Shown: positions 1-10,372, counted from the first letter of the stretch. The stretch is 64,000 nt of DNA from Candidatus Micrarchaeota archaeon (GCA_016207165.1 JACQQD010000008.1:117447-181446); one strand, 5' to 3'. Notes: generated by a model from the letters alone, not told the origin. Made by a program: numbers and translations.

Positions 1-1
1 A

Positions 2-211
2 AAGAAGACGCGTGTTGTCGTTATTACCGGTTTGATGACTGAACTTATTAAGAGCAACCCAGGCATCACGGCTTCAGTAAAGGGCAAGTCGGACAAAGAA
101 ATCAAGGACATTTTCTACCGATATTTGCGGGATGAATCGGCCCCGGTAGATTCTGAAACCGTAAAGTCGCAGTTGCTCGCCCGTCTTACGGGCGGCCTAG
201 TAGCGACTTAG
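2..211 (+). CDS. 3' end of a CDS entering the window (partial, hypothetical)
   Basis: Open frame from base 2 (KKTRVVVITGLMTELIKS...GGLVAT) to TAG at 209-211, followed by a T-rich tract. Confidence 0.6.
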   Translation, partial: KKTRVVVITGLMTELIKSNPGITASVKGKSDKEIKDIFYRYLRDESAPVDSETVKSQLLARLTGGLVAT

Positions 212-213
212 CC

Positions 214-247
214 TTTTCTTTCTTTTTTTCTTTTTCCTTCTTTTTCT
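214..247 (+). terminator. Oligo-T/pyrimidine tract, archaeal-type terminator
   Basis: ttttctttctttttttcttttccttctttttt-like run directly after the stop codon. Confidence 0.5.
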
Positions 248-367
248 GATTGGGTGCGAGCGTAGGCTTTGACTGGTTTCGGTTTGGGGGTTTGAACGGC
301 AGTGGGGGGCGGGAATGCTTGCCGCGTTTGGAACTGTTTTTATTCAGGTTGCGCCTACTTTTAGCAC

Positions 368-2128
368 ATGTCGGACGCCTCTTTTTCGGTTGCATCGGAC
401 GGCGAAAAACCGTCGTTGCCGTTAATTGGTTTGGCGGTGTTGGTGGTGTTGGCTGGCGCCGTAATCTTTTTGTCGCAAAATTCCACCACCCCGTTTCGTG
501 ACTTGGGTTCTCCGGCGCCCCCGCAAGCCGCTTCGGTTTCTGGCGTTGTTTCTTCCACGGAGTCTTTTTCGCTTTCCGGTGCCCAAGTCCGAGTCGATTC
601 CGAGGTCTTCGTGGTTGGCGAACGCATGACGGAAAAAGTGGCTCTTGAAAGTTCCAGTGCTTGGACGGGTTACTTCGTGGAAGTGATTCCCAAAGAGTTT
701 GCGGCTTCGGCTTCAAAATTGGATTTGAATGGATATTCGGACGTCCAAGTTCTGGAGGATGACCCCGTGATTGCCGTTCCCATCGTGCTTTCGCCTGGTA
801 GCCCGGTTTCGTTGTCGAAAACCGGTTCCAGCACCAATCTCCGCTTGCTTCACTTCCTGGTTTCGGACGACGCGCTGTCGTCGGATGCGTCCGAGCGGAA
901 AGAACAGCTCAGGCAAATTGCGGCGGCGTTTGGCGCGTTGGACTTCGAGCAGTTGCTGGTGTTCACCGGAAGTGACATTGAGGCGTTTCAAGGGGATGTT
1001 TCGGGTTTGTTGAGCGATTCGTCGAAGACTTTTCCGGAGCGCGTGGCCGCGTTGAAAGGGAAAGTCTCGGCGCAGACGTCGTCGGAGAACGTGGAAGCTG
1101 CTTTGAAGAGAAGCGAGAACAAGATTTACTTGGAACTCAATCCGTATGCGCCTTCTTCGACGTACCGGTTGCCCGTGGTTTCGACGCGAGGCTCTGTCGA
1201 ATTGACCCGCAATGCGTTTGCGCCTTTGTTGAAAGTGTCTGGGTTGGACGTGCCCCGGCTTGAGACGAACGTCGGTTTTTCCCAAAGCGTTGAGACCGAT
1301 CCGTGGCTTGTCGAGGTGGCCGTCGACGCGTCTCGGGTTGAAACTTCAGGGGGCAAACTGGTTCTGGACGGCGAGCCATTGATCAACGCATTGGGGTCTT
1401 TGGATGTGCAATTCACCCAGGAATTGGACGTCAAGCAAAGCATTCCGTTTTTGGTTGAGTTCACGCAGCCGCCGGTTGCCGATTACTTGGCGTTTTATGT
1501 TCCCGCCATTTATTACGGGTCCACTGACGTGCCCTTCTTGATGAGAAACGACGCATCCATGGATTTCCAAGTCAGCGTGTGCGGTCAAGAACAAATTTTG
1601 TCTGCTGAAACTTGGCAAGTTCTTTACGTGTCTCCGGAAAAAATCGACGACTGCCAAATCACGCAGGGAACGGAAACCCTGGTCTTGGGCGGAAAGACGG
1701 GGTTGACGGCGATGCCGGTTCGCGTGGATTTGTCCAAAGAGGATTATTCGCCGGATGTCAAGGCGGCTTTGTCTGGGAATGGATACTTGTTCCACCGGTA
1801 TGCCGTGCCGCTTTCCGAGTCGCCGTCGGATTACTGCTCCAACCGCTTGTGTACCTGCGATGCGGCCGTTGAATCGACCAAGAATTTGGTTCTTCGGGCA
1901 ACGGAATTGAACCGCCTTTACCAGGCAACGCATGCTTCGACTTTGGTGCTTTTGGATTCGACGGAAGCCGGTTGTGAATACGAATTTTCGGAGGATGGGC
2001 GACTTTCGCTTGAACCCGGTCTAAATGTCGTCCAAGCCACTTTTTCCGAATCCAATGCGCACGACCAGCCATTCACCGTCGTGGTTTCAACTGAAAAAAT
2101 AAAGGGCGGGTTCTTCGGGGCGGACTAA
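368..2128 (+). CDS. Membrane-anchored extracellular hypothetical protein
   Basis: 586 aa; one N-terminal TM (LIGLAVLVVLAGAVIFL); C-terminal Cys cluster YCSNRLCTCD; 3 nt upstream of the next gene. Confidence 0.75.
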   Translation: MSDASFSVASDGEKPSLPLIGLAVLVVLAGAVIFLSQNSTTPFRDLGSPAPPQAASVSGVVSSTESFSLSGAQVRVDSEVFVVGERMTEKVALESSSAWTGYFVEVIPKEFAASASKLDLNGYSDVQVLEDDPVIAVPIVLSPGSPVSLSKTGSSTNLRLLHFLVSDDALSSDASERKEQLRQIAAAFGALDFEQLLVFTGSDIEAFQGDVSGLLSDSSKTFPERVAALKGKVSAQTSSENVEAALKRSENKIYLELNPYAPSSTYRLPVVSTRGSVELTRNAFAPLLKVSGLDVPRLETNVGFSQSVETDPWLVEVAVDASRVETSGGKLVLDGEPLINALGSLDVQFTQELDVKQSIPFLVEFTQPPVADYLAFYVPAIYYGSTDVPFLMRNDASMDFQVSVCGQEQILSAETWQVLYVSPEKIDDCQITQGTETLVLGGKTGLTAMPVRVDLSKEDYSPDVKAALSGNGYLFHRYAVPLSESPSDYCSNRLCTCDAAVESTKNLVLRATELNRLYQATHASTLVLLDSTEAGCEYEFSEDGRLSLEPGLNVVQATFSESNAHDQPFTVVVSTEKIKGGFFGAD

Positions 2129-2131
2129 TCC

Positions 2132-5100
2132 ATGCGTTTTTTTGTCTTCATTGTTTTCCTGGTGTTGGCGGGTTTGGCTTCATCCGCCGCCTTTGACTTG
2201 GCCAACCAACCCAAAGTCAGCGTATACATCGGCTCGGATGCGTCCGTTCCCCATGCTTCCGGCGGGGCTTCGTACGCGTTTCGTTTGGCCGGCCCCGCCG
2301 TGGTCGGACCCAAGGGGATTGAGGCCAAAATCCAGGCCACGCGTTCCGGCCAAGCCGAGTGTCCCGGTACAATCAAGGTCAACACGCAGGAGCAATACGC
2401 GTGCAACACGGTGTGCATTCGGTTGATTGGCTACCGGACGCAAGCCGCCATTGATGCGGACAGCGCTTCCGGTCAACAACCTCTTTCCCAAGAGGACGCC
2501 ATCGGCGAGCACGCTTTCATGCAAATAGGTTTGAAGTCATCGGATGGCTCGTGTAATGTCGCGCCGACGGCCGCGGATGTCCAGGCCCTCGCGCAATCGT
2601 CGTCGAAAATGACTCCTGAAGAGCAGGCCCGCGCAAGCCAATCCATTTCCGGCGGCTATCACCGCTTCCTGAAAGACGTTTCAATCGATGTGGCGTTGCT
2701 GGCTGGCATCCGCTTCAAGCGGGCGACGCCGCAATACTTGGAGCACCCCCGTGAATTGACGGACTTGATGGCCAGCTTACACAAAGTGGAATACCTCGTC
2801 TTTCATGCCCCGACGTTTTTGGGCGTCCGCGATACCGTGGAACAATCCCAACTCGCGATTCGCGCGAATTCCGTGGAGTTGGCGTCAAGCGCCATTGCCT
2901 CCTGCGGCGCTCATCCCGCCTTTTTGGAGGAGTTTTCCGTGAATGGTTATGGGCCCAGTTCACTGTTTTCCGTTGGCCCCTCCGATGAATGGATTCGCTC
3001 GTCGTACAAGACGGCGGCTTCCTTGGATGAAGCCAAACAATTTCTTTCCTGCATCGGGCAAATCAAGGGCGAAAAGGGGTACTTCTTTTTCGACCGGAAA
3101 ATTGACCCCAAGACCATCACGCGCGCCTTGGAGGATCCAGGGTACACGTTTTTGACGGAGTACGACAAGTCCCGCCGGCAGGAAGGCAACCTGGATGTGA
3201 CGCAAGCGGACCGCGTGGTTTTCGCCTACGAATTTGGCAAGTACCTGTATACGCAGAAAGAGGACGCCGACGCCATCAACGTGCTTTCCGCCGCGATTCT
3301 GGAAGCCGAGCGGTTGCGCATTCCCAACGTGGTTCACCCTCAAAGCGGTTTGGGACTCCAGAAAGACGCGTTTGACACCATCAACGCCGTTTTGGCGCGG
3401 CAGGGCCGGGAACCCATGGCGACGCTGGGCGGTTGCCTCAACGGCTTCTTGAATCCGCTTATCATCCTAAAACCTCTTCAGTTGCTCAAGATAGGTGCCA
3501 AGACCGGCGCCGTCATGTCTGCGGGCGGCCGCGTCATCCACTTGGGCTTTGCTTTACAAGGCGGTCAGCAACTCATTGGCGCGGCCCAAACCGCGCAGGA
3601 GTCGGCTTTGGACTCCACCATTTCGGGTGTGTGCGGGACGGTCATGTTTTTTGGCGGCCTGAAAGCGGGTCTGACGCGAGCCCCCGCGGCGTCTACGGAA
3701 ATGGTTCGAACGCCTGAGACAGGCAAATGGGTGTCGCGTCCGGTCATTGGAGGCTCCAAGGCGGCGTCGGCGCGTGCCTTGGTCTTGAACAAGGAATTGG
3801 CGGATACCCCGGTTGAGTTGGTTGTACAACGCTTCACCAAGTTTTCAAGCCAGCTTAAACCCGGTGAATCCGCTGGAGAGTTTTTTGTGCGGTTGACGGT
3901 GAAAGGCAAAGAATTGACTATTCGCGTCACGCCCGAAAACCATCGAGCCGTTTTGGCGGACGTGTTGCACATAAAGGCGACGCTGGCCATGGAAAAAGCA
4001 GACGCCGCCCAGTTTTCTCCCAGTTCCATCAAGGAGTTCCAGCAGGCGCTCTCGGAATTGTCGAAAGTGGATTCGGAGAAGGCATCATTCTACAACGAGT
4101 TCAATTTCCAGTTGAATGAACTGCTGAACGCCAAATCGAAGGAGGCCAAGCAGTCCATCCAGGAAAAACTCATCGGTTTGGTCTTCCAGCTATCCAAGCC
4201 TGAAAATAATCCCGCCAAGCAGCGCATCACGTTCTTGCAAGCGTTGCCTTCCGGCAAAGCCCAGACTCTGGATGGCTTGACCCCTGCCCAACCCCCTGGA
4301 ACCGCTCAGCCCAGCGATCGCCGGACCCTCACGGAGCGCTTGCAAGCCGCGACGGAACTCTTCAAGAAGGCGAAAGAAAAGTTCGGCCGCAGCCTTTCGC
4401 GCGTGAAACAGTTCTTTTCGTTCAAGGACGGCCGGAGGATTGAAGTTCCGGAAGAGGCGTCCAGCCAAATCGCGGACGCCCACGTGGCGGCGTCGGCGAC
4501 CGGCGAAGCCCAACAAGTCGTTGTTGAGGTTTTGGTGAACGGAAAGAAGCAGAACATGCCGGTGTTTGTTCGCCCTGGCGGAAAATTTTTGTCGATTGAG
4601 GAAATCAAGCAAGTGGCCAAAGACGGGAAAACCACGATTGCGGGAGTAGTTCGACTCGGGGAATTGGTCGTTTTTGATACCCGCCCCCAGAACCTGCGCT
4701 TTTTGCAAACTATTCGCCTCAATGACCTGCTTTCCGACTCCAGGCCCCTGCCTGCTCTTCGTGAATCGGTTACGGCGTTGGCGGATGCCGAAACCCTGTC
4801 AACTGATCCTTCAAGCGCCGGCAAGTCAACTCGTCCAGGTGACGCCGTCCAATTGCCTGAAACCCGCTGGAAGGATGCGTTGACGCGTCTGGGGTTAAGG
4901 CGAAATGGAAAATATGATGCCTACTACTTGGTTGAAGGTGCGGCGTTGCGGAATGGGGTTCCCCTCCGTTTCGAAGTGACTGGATCCGACAACCACGTCG
5001 GTTTTCTGGTTTTGAAAATCATCCGGAACAAAATTCCGGAAAGCATTCGCGACGCGACCATTGAAACGCTCAAGAAGGAGGGTTTCACGGAGCACTCCGA

Positions 5101-7714
5101 CGGCACCGTGTTCTCGAAGGAAGTCGACGTCCGGGGCCAGCAGGTGCTCTTGGTTCCAAAGCCGGGAGCCACAGGCTTGGCCACCCCGATCTTGGATACC
5201 GTGGCACCGGAGTTCCAGGCCTTGATTAAAGAACTTTTGCCAAACGAAGGCCGCGCCCAACGCGTTGCAACCGTGGAGGAAGCCGAAGCCCTGCTTGGGG
5301 AAAAAGGTTTGCTGGCGGATCCAACCGCCAAGACCCAGGAAGGCGGCAACCCATTTGACCCCGGCAAACTTATTGAAGATCAAGCCGCCAAGGCCGAGCC
5401 CAATGCTCGTGAAGTGGCCGAGGAACAACGCCGGCTTGCGGAAGAGCAATCCAAAGTCGAACCGGTGCGCGCTCCAGTGCAAACCCAGGATGGGGTGTGG
5501 GAGGTTTCGGAAGGCCGTGGGTTGACTGTCGGTCGACTGACCGCCAACCGAGTCGTTCTTCCATCCGAGTCCATTGCCCGCCGGCAAGGAACCTTTTCCG
5601 CGGATTCAAAGGACGGCGTCTTTTACGTCAACACTGGTTCAACGAGCGGATACAGGGTTATTCGGGGCCGCAACGAGCAGGAGTATCCGGGGAGCCACAC
5701 GGAACCCGTTTCGCTTAAGGCGGGGGACTCCGTTGTATTCGCGGACGGTTCCCGCGTCGTCGTGGACTCTTATTCGCCGAAATCCGGTTCCGGGCCTGCG
5801 GTGGCCCGCTTCCGCGTTGAACCCGCGGAAACGTCTACGTCGCCCACCCTGGAAACTCTTCCGAGGACGAAAGGTGGTTCGTATTCGATTACGGGTTGCG
5901 CCGTTTGCCTGACGCAAAATCCGTTGGCCAGGGATTTCCTGGTTGACGAGGGCCAGAAGGCTTCGGTCGGACGCCAGGAAGGCAACACGATCATGTTTGA
6001 AAATGCGCATGTTAGCCGCGAGCAAGGAAGGTTCGACGTGGGCGCGCTGGGCGTTACTTACACGAACTTGGGCAGGTCGAACTTCTTTGCCGCTGTAATC
6101 GGGGGCCGCCGCCATGATTTTCCTCCGACGCACGGCGAGCCCATTTTGCTTGGCCCGTTTGATTCCATTCTTTACTTGAACGGCGAAAAAATCGTCGGCA
6201 GCATTACCGTTCAAGAGTTCGCGAAAGCCGCGTCGACGGGCAGTTCCCGGCTTTTGTTGCGCGTGGAGCGCGCTGGCTTCACTTCAACTCCGGAAACAGA
6301 GGGGGGGCCCGCAGTGACTCCGGAAAAAGCCGAGGCCAACCGCGAGGCGTTTGAAAAGCCACCGGCGCGTGCGTCCGGCGCCAAGCCCAAACTTGAAGTG
6401 AAAAAAGCCGGAGTGGCCGAACAGGCCAAAGTGGGGGAAACGGTATCCCAAGATTCTCTTTTGAGCATAGAACAAGGTGACCGGTCGGTGGATGTCGTCG
6501 CAGATGGCGTAGGCGGCGCGCTTGGAGGCAGAGTCGCGTCGCAAGCCTTTGTAAATGGGATTAATACCCGCTTTCCAGAAATGACGGATCAACTTTCGTT
6601 GGAAGAAGCCTTTAATGGAGCTGCAGGAGACACCGTCAGCGCGTTACGCCCTGTTTTAGAAGCAAACAAGTTTGACCGTGAGACTGGCGAGCCGTTGAAT
6701 CCGCAGGGCGGCACCACGGCGTTGGTTCTTCTGATCAACGGACGTAAAGCGCACCTCGCGGGCATCGGGGATGGTGCGTTGTTTATGATTCGCGGCGGTA
6801 ATATTGAACTGTTATCGGAAATACACAACGACGCGTACGGCGCCCGCGGTCAGGTTGCGGGTTTGAGACCTGAGGACGCTTTCGTTGACAGAACCGAAGC
6901 CGGCGTAAATACGATGCGTAACTCCATTACCCGATCGATTGACGCCGGGATATACGACGGGGAGTTCGAATCCTCTCAAGGCATCCCTCGGGGTCAGCAT
7001 TTCTCTCGTGAATTCTCCGTACAAGACGGCGACCGGTTTATTCTCGTTTCAGATGGCGTGGCGGATGTGGTCACGCCGACCGAGATTCGCGAGATTGGCA
7101 GACGGGGTACGCCGGAACAAGCCGCCCAAGCAATCTTGGCCTTGGCCCGACAGCGCATCTCCGGCCGGCATGAAGGCAACTTTGAAGGTCGCAAAATTCC
7201 CATCGACGGCAAGAACGACGACATTTCCGTCATCGTGCGGGATGTCGGCGAGCGGCCGGCTTCTGAGGAATCCTCTTCGGAGCCTTCGCGGTCCGAACCT
7301 GCGGTGGCGCGTTCGGCTCCTCCGGCAAGCATGGATTTGGAGCCGTTTACCCGGCTGATGCCTGCTGGGCCGACTTATTCCATTCGCATTGGCCGCGACG
7401 CCGTAAATGATGTGGTGTTGCCCAATGACTTCGTCAGCCGCTATCAGGGGGTGTTGCATTCGGATTCCTCCGGTCGGTTGTTTTACGAAAACGAAGGCGG
7501 ATCCAATTCGTTTTGGCTTGGTCGTGGAGGCAGTTTGACGGAGTTGTCGGGTCGCCGAACCATTGAACTGCGTGTTTTAGACTCGATTTTCTTTGCCGAT
7601 GGAAGCCGAGTGTACTTCCGTCACCTTAACCCCGCTTACCCCGGTTCGCTGCCAAGCGCGGTTTTCGACTTTTTCCCGAAATCCGTGGATGCCCCCGAAT
7701 TTCAACCGACGTGA
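2132..7714 (+). CDS. Large exported multidomain protein: signal peptide, hydrophobic Gly/Ala region, three FHA domains and a PP2C-family Ser/Thr phosphatase
   Basis: Signal peptide MRFFVFIVFLVLAGLASSAA; FHA motifs VGRLTAN..SIARRQG, VGRQEGN..HVSREQG, IGRDAVND..FVSRYQG; PP2C motifs VADGVGG, GGTTA, GIGDG, LVSDGVAD, NDDISVIV. Confidence 0.85.
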   Translation: MRFFVFIVFLVLAGLASSAAFDLANQPKVSVYIGSDASVPHASGGASYAFRLAGPAVVGPKGIEAKIQATRSGQAECPGTIKVNTQEQYACNTVCIRLIGYRTQAAIDADSASGQQPLSQEDAIGEHAFMQIGLKSSDGSCNVAPTAADVQALAQSSSKMTPEEQARASQSISGGYHRFLKDVSIDVALLAGIRFKRATPQYLEHPRELTDLMASLHKVEYLVFHAPTFLGVRDTVEQSQLAIRANSVELASSAIASCGAHPAFLEEFSVNGYGPSSLFSVGPSDEWIRSSYKTAASLDEAKQFLSCIGQIKGEKGYFFFDRKIDPKTITRALEDPGYTFLTEYDKSRRQEGNLDVTQADRVVFAYEFGKYLYTQKEDADAINVLSAAILEAERLRIPNVVHPQSGLGLQKDAFDTINAVLARQGREPMATLGGCLNGFLNPLIILKPLQLLKIGAKTGAVMSAGGRVIHLGFALQGGQQLIGAAQTAQESALDSTISGVCGTVMFFGGLKAGLTRAPAASTEMVRTPETGKWVSRPVIGGSKAASARALVLNKELADTPVELVVQRFTKFSSQLKPGESAGEFFVRLTVKGKELTIRVTPENHRAVLADVLHIKATLAMEKADAAQFSPSSIKEFQQALSELSKVDSEKASFYNEFNFQLNELLNAKSKEAKQSIQEKLIGLVFQLSKPENNPAKQRITFLQALPSGKAQTLDGLTPAQPPGTAQPSDRRTLTERLQAATELFKKAKEKFGRSLSRVKQFFSFKDGRRIEVPEEASSQIADAHVAASATGEAQQVVVEVLVNGKKQNMPVFVRPGGKFLSIEEIKQVAKDGKTTIAGVVRLGELVVFDTRPQNLRFLQTIRLNDLLSDSRPLPALRESVTALADAETLSTDPSSAGKSTRPGDAVQLPETRWKDALTRLGLRRNGKYDAYYLVEGAALRNGVPLRFEVTGSDNHVGFLVLKIIRNKIPESIRDATIETLKKEGFTEHSDGTVFSKEVDVRGQQVLLVPKPGATGLATPILDTVAPEFQALIKELLPNEGRAQRVATVEEAEALLGEKGLLADPTAKTQEGGNPFDPGKLIEDQAAKAEPNAREVAEEQRRLAEEQSKVEPVRAPVQTQDGVWEVSEGRGLTVGRLTANRVVLPSESIARRQGTFSADSKDGVFYVNTGSTSGYRVIRGRNEQEYPGSHTEPVSLKAGDSVVFADGSRVVVDSYSPKSGSGPAVARFRVEPAETSTSPTLETLPRTKGGSYSITGCAVCLTQNPLARDFLVDEGQKASVGRQEGNTIMFENAHVSREQGRFDVGALGVTYTNLGRSNFFAAVIGGRRHDFPPTHGEPILLGPFDSILYLNGEKIVGSITVQEFAKAASTGSSRLLLRVERAGFTSTPETEGGPAVTPEKAEANREAFEKPPARASGAKPKLEVKKAGVAEQAKVGETVSQDSLLSIEQGDRSVDVVADGVGGALGGRVASQAFVNGINTRFPEMTDQLSLEEAFNGAAGDTVSALRPVLEANKFDRETGEPLNPQGGTTALVLLINGRKAHLAGIGDGALFMIRGGNIELLSEIHNDAYGARGQVAGLRPEDAFVDRTEAGVNTMRNSITRSIDAGIYDGEFESSQGIPRGQHFSREFSVQDGDRFILVSDGVADVVTPTEIREIGRRGTPEQAAQAILALARQRISGRHEGNFEGRKIPIDGKNDDISVIVRDVGERPASEESSSEPSRSEPAVARSAPPASMDLEPFTRLMPAGPTYSIRIGRDAVNDVVLPNDFVSRYQGVLHSDSSGRLFYENEGGSNSFWLGRGGSLTELSGRRTIELRVLDSIFFADGSRVYFRHLNPAYPGSLPSAVFDFFPKSVDAPEFQPT

Positions 7715-7844
7715 ATTCCTGAGGGGTAGAAGCGTTCCGGTTCATTTTGTGATAATGAACGAGTATAATTCGAGCCAATTCAGCTTTTTTGTATGATTCA
7801 AGATATCAAAAATGATGTCTTTTTCCGTTTGGGTCGCCGCGACG

Positions 7845-8594
7845 TCATTTCGGCATTTTCTGGATGGCGAGGCGGGCGGCGTCATCAAAATCCACGGGGT
7901 TGGGGCTCAAGGCGTTCATTTCCGTTTTCCAGATTTTTTCGGTTTGCCGTACGCGTTTTTGGAATTCATTGGCGTTGAAGGTTTTTTCGTAGTACGTCAG
8001 TTTGCCGTTGACGAGTTCTTTGTCGGGGACGGCGTTTCTTCGTAAAAGAAAGTAGAGGTCGTACAGGTCGCGGGCGGATTGGCGGGTGAGGATGGCGCGG
8101 ATTTTTTCGGCGGCGATTTCCGTTGCGTCCATGGTCTTGAGTGCGTAGGGGAACACGTCGGGATACGGCGGTTGAATGCTGGTGATGACGGGTTCCAGAC
8201 GCGTTTTTTCGCGTAGGCTGAATTCAAGTTGCACCGTGCATTCGCTGATGGGTTTTCCCATGTAAAGCGGGCCGCGGACGCGCAGTTTGGCGGTTTTCGA
8301 AACGGGGGTTTGACTGGTTTTCCACGTGGGTTCGGAAAAGCCCGCTGAAGCCAAAAACGCGGAGGCATTATCTGCGTCGGGTTGTTCTTCCTGGTCCGCC
8401 AGCGTAAAGTCCAAGTCCTCGGAGTAGCGGGGAAGCTGGAAGGCTTTCTGGAGGCAGGTGCCTCCCTTGAAGACGCCGGCAAACCCGGTGCGCGACAAGT
8501 ACGACAAAAGCCAGTGCTGGACGTAGTCTTTCTCTTTTTGGCCTAATGTGAATCCCGGCGGCCCGTATTGGTCGAGTCCTTTCCGGTCAAGCAT
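7845..8594 (-). CDS. Type IV TA toxin, AbiEii-family nucleotidyltransferase
   Basis: EKDY, FKGGTCL, RYSEDLDF, AEKIRA, ARDLYDL motifs. Confidence 0.9.
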   Translation of the reverse strand: MLDRKGLDQYGPPGFTLGQKEKDYVQHWLLSYLSRTGFAGVFKGGTCLQKAFQLPRYSEDLDFTLADQEEQPDADNASAFLASAGFSEPTWKTSQTPVSKTAKLRVRGPLYMGKPISECTVQLEFSLREKTRLEPVITSIQPPYPDVFPYALKTMDATEIAAEKIRAILTRQSARDLYDLYFLLRRNAVPDKELVNGKLTYYEKTFNANEFQKRVRQTEKIWKTEMNALSPNPVDFDDAARLAIQKMPK

Positions 8595-9147
8595 GGCGCA
8601 TCAGGTTTTTCAGGCGTTTGTTGGCGGCGGCGCTGGACAAGTAAGGCGGAATTTTTCCGGCTTTGACGTGGGCCAGTGCTTCCATGATGATGGCCGCCGG
8701 ACAGCTTTTGGGGATGCTGATGGCGTCGGCCACGGCTTTTTCGGGTGTGGCCAGGAACAGGTTGTCTTTTTTCTCGTAGGCCCGGAACTGGTTTTTAGGG
8801 ACGCGGTATTCCTGGACGGGTGTTCCAAGGACCTGATACTTTTTTGCGTTGCGCGTGACGGCAAGCTGGATGGTGCGGTGGGGTTGTGTGGTCAATCCGT
8901 GCAAGTGCAATGCGGTGTGGAAAGACACGTAGGCGGGGGTTGAAATCTCGCAGGCAACGGCTTCATGCATGGCATCGGAAAACGCCCACCAACCGCGATG
9001 GACCAAAAAAAGGACGCCTTTTTTGTGGAGGCGATGCAGGTGCAGACGCGCGTACGCCGGGTTTTGGGCCAAGGCGACGAATTCTTTGGTGCGGAAGGCG
9101 GCGCGCCCGGAACCCCGAAGAATTTCTATGATTTTATTGCTTTTCAT
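8587..9147 (-). CDS. Type IV TA antitoxin, AbiEi family
   Basis: N-terminal wHTH-like region; PAYVSFHTALHLHGLTTQ and ATPEKAVAD motifs; overlaps the toxin start. Confidence 0.85.
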   Translation of the reverse strand: MKSNKIIEILRGSGRAAFRTKEFVALAQNPAYARLHLHRLHKKGVLFLVHRGWWAFSDAMHEAVACEISTPAYVSFHTALHLHGLTTQPHRTIQLAVTRNAKKYQVLGTPVQEYRVPKNQFRAYEKKDNLFLATPEKAVADAISIPKSCPAAIIMEALAHVKAGKIPPYLSSAAANKRLKNLMRHA

Positions 9148-9175
9148 TATCAAAAATGATAACGAAATAGTATAA
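9142..9175 (-). promoter_or_regulatory. Inverted-repeat operator and TATA box of the abiE operon
   Basis: tttcattatca-aaaa-tgataacgaaa inverted repeat next to a tataaaaa box; AbiEi proteins are known to autoregulate at such repeats. Confidence 0.5.
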
Positions 9176-9259
9176 AAACGTTTTCATGGGGGTTTGGTGT
9201 GGGAATCGGCTTCCGACGCCCTTTCCGCCTGATGCGGGCTTGGCCGTCCATGGCCTGCT

Positions 9260-10372
9260 TCAGGGTAAGTAGATTTTTTCGTAGGCTTTCGTGGTGTTAT
9301 CCCAGTTGAATTGCTTGAGGACTTTCTTTCGGCCGTTTCGACCGAATTTCTTGGAGGTTTTCGGGTCGGCCAAAAGTTCGTTGGTTTTTTGGGCCAGGAG
9401 CTTCGGGTTTTTCGGTGGAACCAAGAAGCCGTTTTGGTTTTGGTCCACGACTTCGGGAATGCCGCCGGTTGTGGTTGAAACTACGGGTTTTCCGGAGGCC
9501 ATGGCTTCAAGCAAAACCATGCCGAAGGGCTCCCACAGTGAGGGAAGGACGAAGACGTCGCAGGCGGCGTAGTATTGGGCGATCACGTCTTCGGACAGCT
9601 CGTCGGTGATGAAGGTGACGGGCGCCTTCTTTTTTTTCGCGTATTTTTTCAGGGTTTTTTCAAGGGGCCCGCGTCCAATGATGACGGTGTCGGCGTTGAT
9701 TTCCAGGGAGGCGTCGATGAGGTATTTGAGGCCTTTTTGTTTGACGAGGCGTGCGACGCACAAGACGAATGGTTTTTCGTGGGGTGCGTTTGGGGTTTGT
9801 TTTCTCGGTTTGAAGACGTGGGCGTCAACTCCGTTGTAGGCCACGGCCTTTTTTCCGTGGAATTTTTTGGGGAGGGTGATGTCCAGCGTGTTTTGGCTGA
9901 CTCCGAGGATTCCGGTGCACGCGTTCATTACAGTTGAACCTATGGTGTCGTCAAAGGCTTGGCCCCAAAAGTCGGTGGCCACGTCAATGCCTGTGGTTCG
10001 GGCGTTGTGCAGGGTCAAGTACAAGGGAACGCCGTATTTTTTGGAGGCGGCCACTAGGTCCAGTCCATAAAAGAATCGGTTGTGGGCGTGGACGAGGTCC
10101 ATGTGCGGCAAAAGTTTGGCGAGGTCTTTGGCGTGGTCCGGCATGATGGGGATGGGTGGGACGAGGGGTTGGGGTAAGTCTTCCAGGACCCAGGCGTTGG
10201 AGCGTACTAAGTGCATGCCGTGAAGGTCCTCTTTTTTTGGGGTGTTGGGCAGCTTTGCGGTCAGGACCGTGACGTCGTGGTTCTTGGAGAGCCGTTTGCC
10301 GACTTCCAGGACGTGTTTTTCGGTGCCGCCTTGGTAGGGGGAAAAAAAGGGGTTGAGCATGAGGATGCGCAT
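9260..10372 (-). CDS. Glycosyltransferase family 4 (GT-B)
   Basis: MRILMLNPFF..GGTE; ARLVKQKG; EPFGMVLLEAMASGKPVV; start refined to the ATG at 10372. Confidence 0.9.
   Translation of the reverse strand: MRILMLNPFFSPYQGGTEKHVLEVGKRLSKNHDVTVLTAKLPNTPKKEDLHGMHLVRSNAWVLEDLPQPLVPPIPIMPDHAKDLAKLLPHMDLVHAHNRFFYGLDLVAASKKYGVPLYLTLHNARTTGIDVATDFWGQAFDDTIGSTVMNACTGILGVSQNTLDITLPKKFHGKKAVAYNGVDAHVFKPRKQTPNAPHEKPFVLCVARLVKQKGLKYLIDASLEINADTVIIGRGPLEKTLKKYAKKKKAPVTFITDELSEDVIAQYYAACDVFVLPSLWEPFGMVLLEAMASGKPVVSTTTGGIPEVVDQNQNGFLVPPKNPKLLAQKTNELLADPKTSKKFGRNGRKKVLKQFNWDNTTKAYEKIYLP

Noticed and set aside
5895-5915. GCAVCLT as a possible Hint/intein start in the giant protein
   Set aside because: No TxxH block or C-terminal HN motif; an FHA domain follows directly
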